IMG/VR virus record: IMGVR_UViG_3300044568_002423
Length of the DNA stretch: 64,000 bases
Source of the DNA: a virus
Reading direction: 5' to 3' (one strand)
Below, piece after piece: positions 30,101-40,415 of this stretch. Each line of letters begins with the position of its first letter. The first letter of the stretch is position 1. The notes below the pieces were generated by a model. That model saw only the letters and a program-made list of their open reading frames with translations. It was not told the DNA's origin and did no database searches. Both the position numbers and the translations under genes were made by a program.

Positions 30101-33100
30101 ACTGGTGATTATGTATGGTGTACATTTGATGCTGCTGGGTGGAATGTGTATAGGTACACGGATGCCAATATCGTTGTTACTGATATAACTTACGATAACA
30201 TTAATTTGACTATAACTACCGATAGCTCGATATTTCTAGAAGTTGGTTCATATATTGGTATAACCCAGGTCACTGGTTTTTCTGGATTTTATGAAATAAT
30301 TTCTGTATCGATGAATATCATGGTAGTTGCTGCATCTGGTATAACTGTGCCAAATCCATTTATTGAGCAAGATGTAGTTATAATTCATACTTTTACTAGT
30401 CAGCGTGCTGCGACCATGGATATAATTGATTCAGTATTGCCAAATAGATTAAAAGAAAATGAAATGTTATGGACCGATGACAATGGTAGTGGACAATGGG
30501 CATCATGGGTCTATTCTCCTGTTTATATTAACAGTACAGTTATTAATCCTGTTCCTGAAGTCTCATTAAATTTTGGAAAATACGTTCAACTTAACAATAC
30601 TGGGAATTTATTAGCTGTATCTACGTCGTTAGGTCAGGTAGTCATTTATGATAAAGCAGGTACTATTAATCCTTGGATCAAACGCCAAACAATAGATGCT
30701 CCTATTATTAAATTAGCTGATAGTTATAATTTACCGAACAATCTGGCAACATCTATCGCGCTATCATTGGATAATCGCTGGCTAGCCACAGGATCTCCGA
30801 TAACTGGACGAGCATCGTATAGTACCAATGGACAGTTAAACGTAGTTGATATTGCCGAGGTGGCATCAACAATCGTAAATCACGGAGTAATATCCATATA
30901 TGAAAAAGATGTTAATAACGTCTACACATTAGTTAATACTATACTGAGTCCAGTACCAGTTCAAGATGAGCTATTTGGTTCTAGTTTGGCATTTGGTAAT
31001 GATGCGTTGTATGTTGGGTCAACCGGCGGTAATGGTAAGATTTATAAGTTGTTATATTCACCAACCGTTTATGCATCGGCTAATTACAATCCAGTTGGAA
31101 GTACTGGTACGACTGTACATTTAAGCAGCATTACTGATATTATTGCTGGAATGACGATATCGGGAATTGGATTTACCCTAGGTCAAGTAGTAACATACGT
31201 TAACAGTGTTGCTAAAACCATTCTGGTAAGTGCTGAACCTGACTCTATTCCCAGTGGAGTTTTAACATTTAGTACTACAGAGTGGAAATATGATTTAACT
31301 AGTACTAAAACTGGGGTTACCACGAATAGCGGATATGGTAGTAAGTTGGATATCAGCAAGGACGGAAATGTTTTGATGTCGGCTGCTCCTGGCTCGGTTT
31401 CATTAGTTGGAAAAGTATTTGTTTATAAAGCTGATAGTTTGGTACAAACTATTACTGGAGGTAATTCATTTTTTGGTAAGAGTATTACTATTTCGGACAC
31501 TGGTTCTTATATTGCTATTTCTGACATATTAGCCGATGGTATTAGGAATAATCAGGGGAATGTCTCTGTTTATATCAACAACGGAACACAGTATGAAATT
31601 TTTCAATCACTGGTAATTAAAAATCCAGAAGTATCTCAATATTTTGGTAGCAATATATCTTTCACTAATGATTACAAAACGTTAGTGGTTTATAGTCCAT
31701 TGGCAGACACTGAGAATTACTGGGTGGTTGACGATGAAACTACCTTTGATGAAAGTACAACAAAATTCTTACTACAAGAAAACATCGACAGTGGTCGTAT
31801 TGATGTCTATAACCAATATGCATCTAAATGGGTGTTTAGTGAAAGCTTGTCGACTAGTAATACCGCTAATGATGGGTATGGATATAGCATGGCAGTTGGT
31901 TCAAATAGCATCATAATAAGTGCCCCATATGCCACAAATGTGTCATCACAATCCGGCTTAGTTTATGAATATAACAAGACTTCTAACACATACAGTTGGA
32001 TGATAAAACATGTTGGTATTATCAAGCCAGATACTAGTAAAATTAAGCAGGCGTTCTTATACAATAGAGTATCTAATAAGTTGATAACATATTTGGATGT
32101 CCTCGACCCACTACATGGAAAGATCCCAGGCATTGCCGATGAAGAAATACGATACAAGGTATTCTATGATCCGGCGATATATTCAATAGGGGGTTCTGGA
32201 ACAACGGTGGACGATGGTTCAGCTTGGAAAAAAGAAAAAGTGGGTTTATTGTGGTGGGATTTGAGAACATCAAAATTTGTCACAAGCAATGATGACGATG
32301 TTGTTTATCGAAATAATACATGGAGTACATTAGCAACTGGTGCCAGTGTTGATATTTACGAGTGGGTTGAATCTAAATATCTTCCTGCTGATTGGGATTT
32401 ACAGGCAGATACCGAATCTGGATTAGCTCTTAATATAAGTGGTACAACTTTATATGGTAACACCGCATACAGCATTGGTCGACGATATGACAATATCAGT
32501 CAAACTTTTAAGAATACCTATTATTTTTGGGTTAAAAATAAAAAGACAACCCCAGCTGTCGTTGGAAGAACTATTTCTGCCAGTTCAGTATCTAACCTAG
32601 TAGGAAATGCTAGAGGTGATGGATATCAGTACTTGGCGCTAACTGGTTCGAACTCATTTAGTTTAGCAAATGTAAAATCCTTATTGAAGGATCGTGATGT
32701 AGTATTATCAGTTGAATATTGGGTAGTTGACAAAATAGATCAAAATATCCATTCTCAATGGAAATTAATAAGTTCTGAAATAAACACTCAACTTCCGTAT
32801 AAAATTGAGAAAAAATGGTTTGATAGTTTATGTGGTAAGGATGAAAAGGACAGGTTGGTGCCAGATATCTCATTGCCGATAAAACTACAATATGGTATTG
32901 AATTTAGACCACGACAATCTATGTTTATTAATAGATTTGAGGCTTTGAAGCAATATGTCGAACAGGCAAACTTAGTCTTACAGGAAAACTTGATATCTGA
33001 GTCTAGAGACCTTTCAAATTTAGAAAGTTACGAGGCAGAACCAAATGTAATTAGAGGATTGTATGATAGTGTTCTTGATACAGACGCGGAATTGAGGTTT

Positions 33101-36100
33101 GCAGCAGTTTCAACTTACACCAGGCCATCATTAATTCCTATAATAACCGATGGGAGAATAACCGGTGTAGAAATAACATCATCCGGTAGTGGGTATTTAA
33201 ATCCTCCGTATATTGAAGTTGTTGGTTCTGGAGTTGATGCTGTCGTTAAGGCAACTATAAATTCATCTGGAAAGATTACAGGAGCGACTATAATCAATAG
33301 TGGAGAAGGTTACACCGATTACACCGTGATGGTAGTTAGGGATTATTCCGTATTAGTTCACAGTGATTCAGAGTCTTCTGGAAATTGGAGCATATATTCA
33401 TATGATCCGACCACATATGTGTGGTCTAGAACTCATTCGCAAACATATGACACTACTAACTATTGGAGTTTTGTTGATTGGTATGCTACTGGATACAACA
33501 AATTTAGTTCAGTAGTAAATTCAGTTGACACCTATTCTGAATTGTTCAATATTGAAGTCAATATAGGCGAGTTAGTTAAGGTAAGAACTACTAATGTCGG
33601 CAATTGGGTAATATTAGAAAAATACGCAGATAGTCAGTCAGTGGACTGGACTTCCTCGTATAAAATAGTAGGAAGTCAAAACGGCACCATTCAATTAAGT
33701 TCATCCTTGTATAAATTTGTCGATACTGGAGTTGGCTATGATAACGTGTTATATGATGGTGGTAATTTTGATAATAATGCGTCGGTCGAACTTCGTAATA
33801 TATTGAATGCAATGAAGAATGATATTTTTATTGATGAGTTAAAATCCTCCTACTTGAATTTATTTTTCACAACAGTCAGGTATGCGTTAAGTGAACAAAC
33901 ATATGTTGATTGGATTTTTAAGACCAGTTTTATAAAAGCAAGGCATACAGTAGGGGCATTAAGTCAGCCAGTTACTTATAAAAATGATAACTTGTCAAAT
34001 TTTGAAGATTATGTCGCAGAGGTAAAACCATATAGGACAAAAATTAGAGAATATATCAGCGCGTACAATAGGCTTGAAGTTGGTGAAATGTCTATAACTG
34101 ATTTTGATTTACCTGCCATATATGAAAATGGACAATTGGGAATAATTGACACACGTGTGACCGATGATGTGATTAGTGTAGATAATTCTATAATTCAAAC
34201 CTATCCTTGGAAACATTGGTTGGATAACGTTGGGTTCACTATAACTGAATTGAATTTAGTTAACTCTGGTTCTGGTTATGTATCAGAGCCAGTTGTTAGA
34301 ATAGTTAGTAATTCAGGGTCGGGCGCCGTTGCTAGAGCTTTTATTGCCAATGGTAGAGTTAATAGAATAACTCTTTTATCCACTGGTAGTGGATATCTAT
34401 CAGCTCCTTCTGTGTATATTGAGGGTGGTTTGGAAACTAGCGGAACAGCAGCTAGAGCAATTGCGGTTATTGGTGATAGTGTGGTTCGTTCAACTCTCGT
34501 TAAAATGAAATTTGATAGAATAACACAAACTTATTTTATAACTAAACTTCAGGAAACAGAAACATTGATTGGGACTGGTTCGAGATTACAATTCCCATTA
34601 ACCTGGGCTCCTGATGTTAGAATAGGAACTGTTACGGTAACGATTAATGGTATCGGTGCGTTAAGAGACAATTATAAATTGAAAATAGTTAAGTCGACCG
34701 CCAAAGGATACACATCGTATTCTGGTTCTATAACGTTTGATTCCGCACCTGCAACTGGAGATGTGGTAGTTGTTACATATTTGAAGGATTGGTCATTATT
34801 AAATGCTGCAGATAGAATTCAATTTTACTACAACCCACAAACGGGTGATTTAGGTAAAGATTTGTCACAATTAATGACTGGTATAGATTATGGTGGGGTT
34901 ATTGTAAGTGGTATTGGATTTGATATCAGTAGAGGATGGGATAGTACTCCATTCTTCTCTGACAAATGGGACACTTCTGATCCAACATTTGATGATTATA
35001 TAGTAGTAGTTGCCGAAGGTACTCATACCTTCACTTTGCCGTATATTCCATCAGTGGGAACCTTAATAAATGTATATCATAATGAAGTACGAATTGATGA
35101 CGAGCAATATGGAACGCCGCAGCAAACTAACGACAATGCGGTAATGTTATCATGGGAGGCTGATGGAGTTTCACAGACTATTGTTATACCAAACACCGTA
35201 GTGGTTTTAGAAACTGATCAGTTTATTTTCCGCAAAACTACAAGTGATGGTTCAATTAAACCACAAGAATCAGACTATGATACTGCGTTGAGCGGAGGAG
35301 ATTTGGCATATAGTACAGCAACTGGATTATCAGCTTCGGATCTTATTATTGATGGTGATGGATTTGTAACACCAACATCAAGTTCAGCTCCTGAAGAAGT
35401 AGTCCCTGGACAGATAGTTGATGCCGTTGCCATTAAGGTTTATGATAGACCTTCTAGTGGTTCTGCCAGTATTAATGTAGACAACTATGTGGCAGACGGT
35501 GAACAAACTGTATTTTCTTTAACGAAGCCTATAAACAGTCCTCGCGCAATTATAGTAAAAGTTTCAAACGGGGTAGATTCTGAAATAAAAACTATCGATA
35601 TTGATTATGAGGTTGATTATCAACATAATTTAGTTATATTTGAACAAGCACCGGAAAACAAGGCTGTCGTGTCTATTTTTGGCATTGGTATAAATGGCAA
35701 TAATATACTGGATGTTGGCTACGTGGTTGGAGATGGACAGGCTACTGAGTTTGTTACAAAAGCACCATGGGTAACACCAGTTACGTCGAATGTATGTATA
35801 AATGGAGTAGTATTCCCATATGAATTATTTCAAATAGATGATTTTATAGGTGTTAGGTTTGCTACGGCTCCTGAAAATGGTGATATAATAAATTATATTA
35901 TCGTCAGTGGTCTAGAGCAATCATTTGCTGTTACCAAAATAGAAAAAATAGCAGTCGATGGTAGGTCTTCCGAACTCCCTTATGATTTATTATATTCCGC
36001 AGGTGATTCATTGCCGATAGAATCAAACATAATAGTTAGAGTTGACAACTTGATTTTATCTAGTCCAAACAATAGTTATTTTACTATAAAGAGTAATAGA

Positions 36101-37636
36101 TTAACTTATGTGATTGATTCGACCAAATTTCTTCCATATTCGGTAGATGTTTACAATATCTCTGTCTTTGCTGGTGGTAACTTACTATCTATTGGCAGTG
36201 ACTATTCAGTTGATTTTAGTGTAATTAGTATTAAATTATCTAGAGTTGCATATGCGACTTATTCTGGACAAACGCTAGTCGTAAGTGTGAATAGAGACAA
36301 TGGGTATTTCTACATACCGCAAAACGGAATAGCTAAAGCCAAAATACTATTTACGGAAACGTATAATAGTCCACAGCAGGTCGAGGTTATAAGTTCTTAT
36401 AAACATGAAGTATTAGATATTCAAAGAACCACTGTTCGTGCTATGACGGACAGTGAGATAATCACGGACACTCCGGCGTATTACTACTACAAAGATATAA
36501 TGGGCGGGATATTACAACTCGAACGAGCGGTGATAAACGATGATTATGTATGGATAGTTAAAAATGGTAATTTGTTAATACCTAGTGTTGACTATAAGTT
36601 GAATGTAAATAAAACATCAGTGACTTTGTCGGTGGATTCTGTTGAAACTGATGAATACACAATAATTACATACGGTAGCAATATTGTTTTACCTAATGTT
36701 GCTTATATGCAGTTCAAAGATATGCTTAATAGAACACATTTTAAACGATTAAGTGCTAACAAACAAACAAAATTGGCTACTGATTTACATTGGAATGATA
36801 TCAAGATATCTGTGGAAGATGCTAGTAATTTTGATATACCAAATCCTGCTGCTAATCGACCAGGGATAATTGAAATTCGCGGTGAACGTATTGAATATTT
36901 CAGTTTAGTAAATACTGGTGGAGTTTGGGAATTAGGACAAATTCGCAGAGGAACGCTTGGTACAGGAACCCCAAGTATTCACCTGGTTGGTGCGTATGTG
37001 CAGGATATCGGATCAAGTGAAACAATACCGTATAGTGAAACATCTGTAATAGAACAAGTTATAGCAGAGGGCACACACAACGTATCATTGACGTTTGTTC
37101 CAACCTTATCAACTGAAGATTGGAGTTCACAATATGCTAGTGGTTTTATATCAGCGATTCCATCTGGGTATGGCCAAGCAAATGATATTGAAGTATTCGT
37201 AGGTGGGTATAGTAACGAGGTTGAATGGGCGGCAAATGTCTCATATGTAGTTGACGCAATTGTTATTGTCGGAAGTTATACCTATAGATGTACTATATCA
37301 CATACTAGTAGTTCAGATTTTAGCCTGGATAGTGCTAACTGGATGTTCTTTATTGGCAATATTAGATTGAAAAAGCACCCATATAGGGTCCACAATGTAA
37401 ATATAAATCCAGACAGTCCAGATGGAGATATTCAATTTGATGCTGATTTCTCGGTTGATGGGATTGACAATAATATATATTTAACGAATGTATTATCAAC
37501 CGGCACGATAGTAACAGTGGTGAAACGTACAGGAAATAAATGGAATAATGAAGGTGATATACAACGTGGTACTGGCAAGATTGAAAAATTTTTGAAAGCA
37601 ACACCGGGAATCTGGTATACACAAATGAATCAATAA
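24161..37636 (+). CDS. Giant (4491 aa) multidomain baseplate/virion protein at the gp7 position
   Basis: Uninterrupted 13.5-kb ORF directly after gp6; contains CBM5/12-like aromatic motifs, FG-GAP-like repeats and SGSGY repeats. Confidence 0.75.
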   Translation: MADSTNPNASNNTASNFLPRIYRTDANKKFLQATLEQLIQPGTVQKINGYIGRRNAKAATGDDIFIAAVDAARQNYQLEPGLIVQDTLNNTTFFKDYIDYINQTEVFGGDVSNHARLNKQEFYSWDPHIDWDKFVNFQNYYWLPYGPDTITIYGQRDKIESTYTVVVETEGDSNQYLLTPNGLTRNPTLTLYKGHTYKFEITSLGNPFSIKTHRSSGSNDRYSNYGLDGVAVEQGTITFTVPHDAPSVLYYQSENDTDLGGVIHVLSINDNSHIDVTVEILGKKTYKLADGTQLSNGMKVEFGGNVVPVEYATGKYYVEGVGTAIKLINTNVLELVGAYTTSESILFDSTPFDKSPFSDATAFAGTPDYLLINRASRDHNPWSRYNRWFHKDTIEVSATLNGNVPTLDQSARATRAIIEFEADLKLYNFGNTAIADVDLIDTFTTDVFSTIEGSIGYNIDGINLIQGQRILFTADTDIFVKNKIYQVEFIDVTHTSINGQISPRQIHLTEVSEPVMNQCVLIHQGVKNQGEMFWYTGSTWQLSQQKTALNQAPLFDVVDSSGISFGNTDYYYGSTFNGTKIFSYKIGNGGNDSALGLPLTYKNINNVGDIVFNFNLITDIFRYKDLTTVIDKVIDVGYLIKYDYAGNTTYVNGWQTNTLPQSQAAIRIYKSSGKTNNFDIDIFDNVHELDDLIVKVYINGIRLASTKWDVVDGPIYKKVVLLTDISSTDILTIRAFSAQTINSNGFYEIPINLQNNPLNNSMGDFTLGEVLDHVTTIVDNIETLVGEFPGSSNLRDLGNVTQYGTRFVQHSGPASLSIYHMTSDTNNVIRAVEKSRDDYNNFKRRFTSVSSTLGIDTDVATHVNLVLQEMNKDKPNNAPYYFSDMVPCGANIKTVLTVVDYRIKTYPLTSVFNLDELSNQAVIVYVNDTQLMYGRDYTFSSQGFIVVSATLQNDDTITIFEYENTDGCFVPETPTKLGIWPKYEPKIYIDTSLITPRTMIQGHDGSQVLAYGDYRDDLILELEKRIYNNIKVKYDDSIFDIHSLIPSYNRSTDYSLAEFNTVLAPSFYKWTTLIEQDFTKPMSYDSANSFTFNYRGHSAPDGRETPGYWRGVYRWILDTDRPNICPWEMLGLSEAPFWWESVYGPAPYTSNNLILWKDISEGVLKEPGKPVVYLPKFAKPFLMQHIPVDENGNIKSPLMTDLANGIITVSTTGDFVFGDVSPIENAWRRSSHYPFSVLLTSLLLTPANTFGLLLDRSRIVRNVTGQLIYKDTGLRVTPSSIKLPNSHVSTERIQTAGIINYITNYIMSDNLTTYSSYQTDLSMLTIRLSHRLGSFTSKEKFNLILDSKTPLSSGSVFVPPENYDIILNSSSPVKKITYSGVIITKLADGFEVKGYSRTHPYFNYYSWEQSGININVGGISESYINWTNNQYYPSGKIVNYNNRYYRVKTSHTSTTEFNEQYHTVLSSLPVIGGKEAIFRKRWDRTAAITVPYNTKFTTIQDVVDFLLGYGEYLKDQGFVFDDFNTTMSQVTNWETSAKEFLFWTTQNWSSGEDKWNEWIPNTLVVFETIVRYNGDYYKAIRNSMTTDIFNDDDFVKLDGLSSVGSSVISLSPAASKLTFSAPYSVVDDVTNQFNGYEIYRVDGQPIEYDFLNSYREDNKVSYASEGNDGIYGASFYLVQKEQIVIIDNTTLFNDTIYHPESGYKQDRIKVAGYVSTNWYGAFDVPGFIFDQAHISRWSSWVGYDLGDIVQYKEFYYSASKVLPGAESFVSTDWIRLSKKPTAQLLPNWNYKAGQFEDFYSLDSDNFDVNQQKMAQHLIGYQKRQYLENIIQDDVSEFKFYQGMIIEKGTQNVFNKLFDVLSAENEESLTFYEEWALRVGQYGANAAYENIEFILDESEFKNNPQGFELVSSIDRSKVDFISRQTSNDVYLKPIGYDSNPWPLLKNDVSYLRSAGYVRSDEVLMSLKSMSDILTQDISQFSTGDYVWCTFDAAGWNVYRYTDANIVVTDITYDNINLTITTDSSIFLEVGSYIGITQVTGFSGFYEIISVSMNIMVVAASGITVPNPFIEQDVVIIHTFTSQRAATMDIIDSVLPNRLKENEMLWTDDNGSGQWASWVYSPVYINSTVINPVPEVSLNFGKYVQLNNTGNLLAVSTSLGQVVIYDKAGTINPWIKRQTIDAPIIKLADSYNLPNNLATSIALSLDNRWLATGSPITGRASYSTNGQLNVVDIAEVASTIVNHGVISIYEKDVNNVYTLVNTILSPVPVQDELFGSSLAFGNDALYVGSTGGNGKIYKLLYSPTVYASANYNPVGSTGTTVHLSSITDIIAGMTISGIGFTLGQVVTYVNSVAKTILVSAEPDSIPSGVLTFSTTEWKYDLTSTKTGVTTNSGYGSKLDISKDGNVLMSAAPGSVSLVGKVFVYKADSLVQTITGGNSFFGKSITISDTGSYIAISDILADGIRNNQGNVSVYINNGTQYEIFQSLVIKNPEVSQYFGSNISFTNDYKTLVVYSPLADTENYWVVDDETTFDESTTKFLLQENIDSGRIDVYNQYASKWVFSESLSTSNTANDGYGYSMAVGSNSIIISAPYATNVSSQSGLVYEYNKTSNTYSWMIKHVGIIKPDTSKIKQAFLYNRVSNKLITYLDVLDPLHGKIPGIADEEIRYKVFYDPAIYSIGGSGTTVDDGSAWKKEKVGLLWWDLRTSKFVTSNDDDVVYRNNTWSTLATGASVDIYEWVESKYLPADWDLQADTESGLALNISGTTLYGNTAYSIGRRYDNISQTFKNTYYFWVKNKKTTPAVVGRTISASSVSNLVGNARGDGYQYLALTGSNSFSLANVKSLLKDRDVVLSVEYWVVDKIDQNIHSQWKLISSEINTQLPYKIEKKWFDSLCGKDEKDRLVPDISLPIKLQYGIEFRPRQSMFINRFEALKQYVEQANLVLQENLISESRDLSNLESYEAEPNVIRGLYDSVLDTDAELRFAAVSTYTRPSLIPIITDGRITGVEITSSGSGYLNPPYIEVVGSGVDAVVKATINSSGKITGATIINSGEGYTDYTVMVVRDYSVLVHSDSESSGNWSIYSYDPTTYVWSRTHSQTYDTTNYWSFVDWYATGYNKFSSVVNSVDTYSELFNIEVNIGELVKVRTTNVGNWVILEKYADSQSVDWTSSYKIVGSQNGTIQLSSSLYKFVDTGVGYDNVLYDGGNFDNNASVELRNILNAMKNDIFIDELKSSYLNLFFTTVRYALSEQTYVDWIFKTSFIKARHTVGALSQPVTYKNDNLSNFEDYVAEVKPYRTKIREYISAYNRLEVGEMSITDFDLPAIYENGQLGIIDTRVTDDVISVDNSIIQTYPWKHWLDNVGFTITELNLVNSGSGYVSEPVVRIVSNSGSGAVARAFIANGRVNRITLLSTGSGYLSAPSVYIEGGLETSGTAARAIAVIGDSVVRSTLVKMKFDRITQTYFITKLQETETLIGTGSRLQFPLTWAPDVRIGTVTVTINGIGALRDNYKLKIVKSTAKGYTSYSGSITFDSAPATGDVVVVTYLKDWSLLNAADRIQFYYNPQTGDLGKDLSQLMTGIDYGGVIVSGIGFDISRGWDSTPFFSDKWDTSDPTFDDYIVVVAEGTHTFTLPYIPSVGTLINVYHNEVRIDDEQYGTPQQTNDNAVMLSWEADGVSQTIVIPNTVVVLETDQFIFRKTTSDGSIKPQESDYDTALSGGDLAYSTATGLSASDLIIDGDGFVTPTSSSAPEEVVPGQIVDAVAIKVYDRPSSGSASINVDNYVADGEQTVFSLTKPINSPRAIIVKVSNGVDSEIKTIDIDYEVDYQHNLVIFEQAPENKAVVSIFGIGINGNNILDVGYVVGDGQATEFVTKAPWVTPVTSNVCINGVVFPYELFQIDDFIGVRFATAPENGDIINYIIVSGLEQSFAVTKIEKIAVDGRSSELPYDLLYSAGDSLPIESNIIVRVDNLILSSPNNSYFTIKSNRLTYVIDSTKFLPYSVDVYNISVFAGGNLLSIGSDYSVDFSVISIKLSRVAYATYSGQTLVVSVNRDNGYFYIPQNGIAKAKILFTETYNSPQQVEVISSYKHEVLDIQRTTVRAMTDSEIITDTPAYYYYKDIMGGILQLERAVINDDYVWIVKNGNLLIPSVDYKLNVNKTSVTLSVDSVETDEYTIITYGSNIVLPNVAYMQFKDMLNRTHFKRLSANKQTKLATDLHWNDIKISVEDASNFDIPNPAANRPGIIEIRGERIEYFSLVNTGGVWELGQIRRGTLGTGTPSIHLVGAYVQDIGSSETIPYSETSVIEQVIAEGTHNVSLTFVPTLSTEDWSSQYASGFISAIPSGYGQANDIEVFVGGYSNEVEWAANVSYVVDAIVIVGSYTYRCTISHTSSSDFSLDSANWMFFIGNIRLKKHPYRVHNVNINPDSPDGDIQFDADFSVDGIDNNIYLTNVLSTGTIVTVVKRTGNKWNNEGDIQRGTGKIEKFLKATPGIWYTQMNQ

Positions 37637-37685
37637 ACACCACAGATAATATTACTTGATAAATATAAAGATAAGAGAGATTACT

Positions 37686-38282
37686 ATGCAGTCTAAAGAC
37701 ATGACAGGAATACATATACGAGGTCACATTAAAATATTTGACCCGATAACTAACGAAATATTTCAGGATAAGAGCAATGCGATACACTATGAAAATATGA
37801 GTATCGCATTAGCGGAGAGTATAGCCAACAATAGTCAGGGTGTAATACATTCCATGGCATTTGGTAATGGCGGAACCGCGATTGACCCAACTGGAATCAT
37901 CACCTATTTGACACCAAATAGTTCTGGCACTAACGCAAGTTTGTACAATCAAACGTATACGAAGGTCGTGGATGCTAATTCCACAACAAACGTAGATCCA
38001 ACTAGAAACTTTATAGAAACTAGGCACGTGACTGGTACCAATTACACAGATGTATTTGTTACATGTTTATTAGATTATGGCGAACCGAGTGGACAAAGTG
38101 CTTATGACGTAACCGCCAATAATGAAAGTGCGTACGTATTTGATGAATTAGGACTAGTGTCTTCAAGTGGTTTGTTACTCACTCATGTAATGTTTCATTC
38201 CGTTCAAAAATCATTGAATAGATTGATACAAATTGATTATACCGTGCGTATACAAAGTTTAACTGGCTTAGCGGGAGTTTAA
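37686..38282 (+). CDS. Baseplate/tail-fibre attachment protein (tail-collar fibre-like)
   Basis: MAFGNGG, FDELGL, LLTHVMFHSVQKSLNRLIQIDY; late-promoter-like GATAAATA at 37658-37665 favours ATG 37686. Confidence 0.6.
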   Translation: MQSKDMTGIHIRGHIKIFDPITNEIFQDKSNAIHYENMSIALAESIANNSQGVIHSMAFGNGGTAIDPTGIITYLTPNSSGTNASLYNQTYTKVVDANSTTNVDPTRNFIETRHVTGTNYTDVFVTCLLDYGEPSGQSAYDVTANNESAYVFDELGLVSSSGLLLTHVMFHSVQKSLNRLIQIDYTVRIQSLTGLAGV

Positions 38283-38285
38283 TAA

Positions 38286-40415
38286 ATGACTTATCAAGTT
38301 AATTTTACAGAAACGACCAACCCAGCAAAACCGGCGATTATTGTTGAAGATCAATCATTAAATATCGAAACAGATATCACATTTGTTGGTAAGAATTATT
38401 CCTCATACGGACCAGTATTGGCGGAAAATTTCTTACATCTATTAGAAAATTTTGCCAAAAACACCGCACCTCTACAACCTGTACAGGGACAATTATGGTA
38501 TGATAATAGCACTGGTGTGAATTTATTAAAAGTATACGATGGGACTACTTGGACCGCCGCTGGATCTGTTAAAAAAGCAAATTACGCCCCGTTAGTACAA
38601 AATAGTACAGTTGGTGATTTATGGGTTGATAATACCAATAATCAATTATACCTATTTTCAGGATCTACCTGGTTATTAGTTGGACCACAATACAGTGCTG
38701 GATTAAAGACTGGTCCAGTTATTGAAACTATAATAGACACCGAAAACACTACACATGGGGTAATTTCCTTATATTCTGATAATTATCGTATAGCTATTGT
38801 TAGCTCATCTTCATTTGTACCAAAGGCTTCTATTACTGGATTTACAAATATCAACAAAGGAATCAGTTTAAGTTCAGCTGATTCTGATATAAAATTTCAA
38901 GGAACCTCGACGAAAGCTGATGCACTAGTGGTAAATGGCTCCACCGTAAGTTCTTCCAATTTTTTACGTTCGGATGCGACTGTTCCGTCTGACGTACAAC
39001 TAAGTATTCGTTCAGATAATGGTATTAATATCGGTAGTGATTTGAGTTTTAGTATACGTACTGATTCTTCTTCTACTATTTTGACATCAAAAACTAATGG
39101 AAAAAGTATTGATTTTAAGTTAAATGATTCAACTACTGTTGTTCATTTGGACTCTAGTTTAAATGTTGGCATTGGTGTTAATAATATTAATCCATCTGAG
39201 ACATTGGATGTACTAGGTAGCATAACGGTTAGTGATAAGATAAAAGTTACCGGAACACAGGATTCTACTTCGGTTGGTACTGGAAGCATTATAACTAGCG
39301 GTGGGCTTTCTGTTGCTAAGAAGACTAATTTTGGTGATTCCGTATCTTTCTATGGAGATGTATATGTTAATAACCTAGATATCAATGGTTCGCCAACTGC
39401 CGGTGCAATTTTACTACCAGGGTATGCTACCACTTCTCCTAACCAACCGTTGTATGACATTGGTTCGACGACTCATTCATTTAGAAATATATATGCTCAA
39501 CAATTTGTTGGTGATTTTACTGGGTCGTTTACCGGCACGTTAAATGGATCTATAAGTGGTTCTGCTGCATTATTGGCTAGTCCGACCGCATTTAGTTTAG
39601 CCGGAGAGGTCACCAGTGATGTTATATCATTCAATGGACAGACTCAAAACGGTACAGCGATATTCAACACATCCATCAGTTCAAGTATCATCGGGTCTAA
39701 AACGCAAGTATATGATTCATTCTTAACCGATGAATTATTAATAAATCGCACCGTCGGCATAGACGCTGGTCTTAAGAAAGTAACTAAGCAAACATTTATA
39801 TCAAATATACCAACTGTTCCAGTTGGTGCGATATTTCCGTTTGCTGGATTAATTCCTCCGACAGGATATCTGTTATGTGATGGCGGGGAAGTAAGAATAG
39901 CTGACTATACTGATTTGTATAATGTGATTGGATATAATTACAAGGTTTATACCTCATTAGTCGGCTATGGCACATTTGGATTGCCGGATTTTAGGGGTAG
40001 ATTTGCTCTTGGTCGTGATAATATGGATAACAATACTACTGTTCCTAGTTTCAGCAATCCTGCGTTGGATATCGATGCTGGCGGCGGGTCTGCTGATAGA
40101 GTCACTGATGTGTCTGCAGATAATATTGGTAATCATGCTGGTAGTGAATCAAGAACATTGACTATTCTAAACATTCCAGAGCACAAACACAATATGCGTA
40201 CAAATACTGGACAGTATTACGCAGCTGGGTTACCTGGTGGTGCGTCAGATCCTGAGGCAGAACCAAATTTGGGTATGCCATCATCAAGTACCGGGTATGG
40301 ATTGAGAAATAGTGGCAACGTGGATGTTCCTATAAACACAAATTTAGGGCAGGCATTTTCTGTGATGAACCCGTACTTAACTATTAATTACATAATTTTC
40401 ACTGGTAAAATATAA
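38286..40415 (+). CDS. Tail fibre protein with tail-collar domain (gp12-like C-terminus)
   Basis: VPVGAIFPFAG..PPTGYLLCDG...FGLPDFRGRFALG; IPEHKH; MNPYLTINYII. Confidence 0.85.
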   Translation: MTYQVNFTETTNPAKPAIIVEDQSLNIETDITFVGKNYSSYGPVLAENFLHLLENFAKNTAPLQPVQGQLWYDNSTGVNLLKVYDGTTWTAAGSVKKANYAPLVQNSTVGDLWVDNTNNQLYLFSGSTWLLVGPQYSAGLKTGPVIETIIDTENTTHGVISLYSDNYRIAIVSSSSFVPKASITGFTNINKGISLSSADSDIKFQGTSTKADALVVNGSTVSSSNFLRSDATVPSDVQLSIRSDNGINIGSDLSFSIRTDSSSTILTSKTNGKSIDFKLNDSTTVVHLDSSLNVGIGVNNINPSETLDVLGSITVSDKIKVTGTQDSTSVGTGSIITSGGLSVAKKTNFGDSVSFYGDVYVNNLDINGSPTAGAILLPGYATTSPNQPLYDIGSTTHSFRNIYAQQFVGDFTGSFTGTLNGSISGSAALLASPTAFSLAGEVTSDVISFNGQTQNGTAIFNTSISSSIIGSKTQVYDSFLTDELLINRTVGIDAGLKKVTKQTFISNIPTVPVGAIFPFAGLIPPTGYLLCDGGEVRIADYTDLYNVIGYNYKVYTSLVGYGTFGLPDFRGRFALGRDNMDNNTTVPSFSNPALDIDAGGGSADRVTDVSADNIGNHAGSESRTLTILNIPEHKHNMRTNTGQYYAAGLPGGASDPEAEPNLGMPSSSTGYGLRNSGNVDVPINTNLGQAFSVMNPYLTINYIIFTGKI

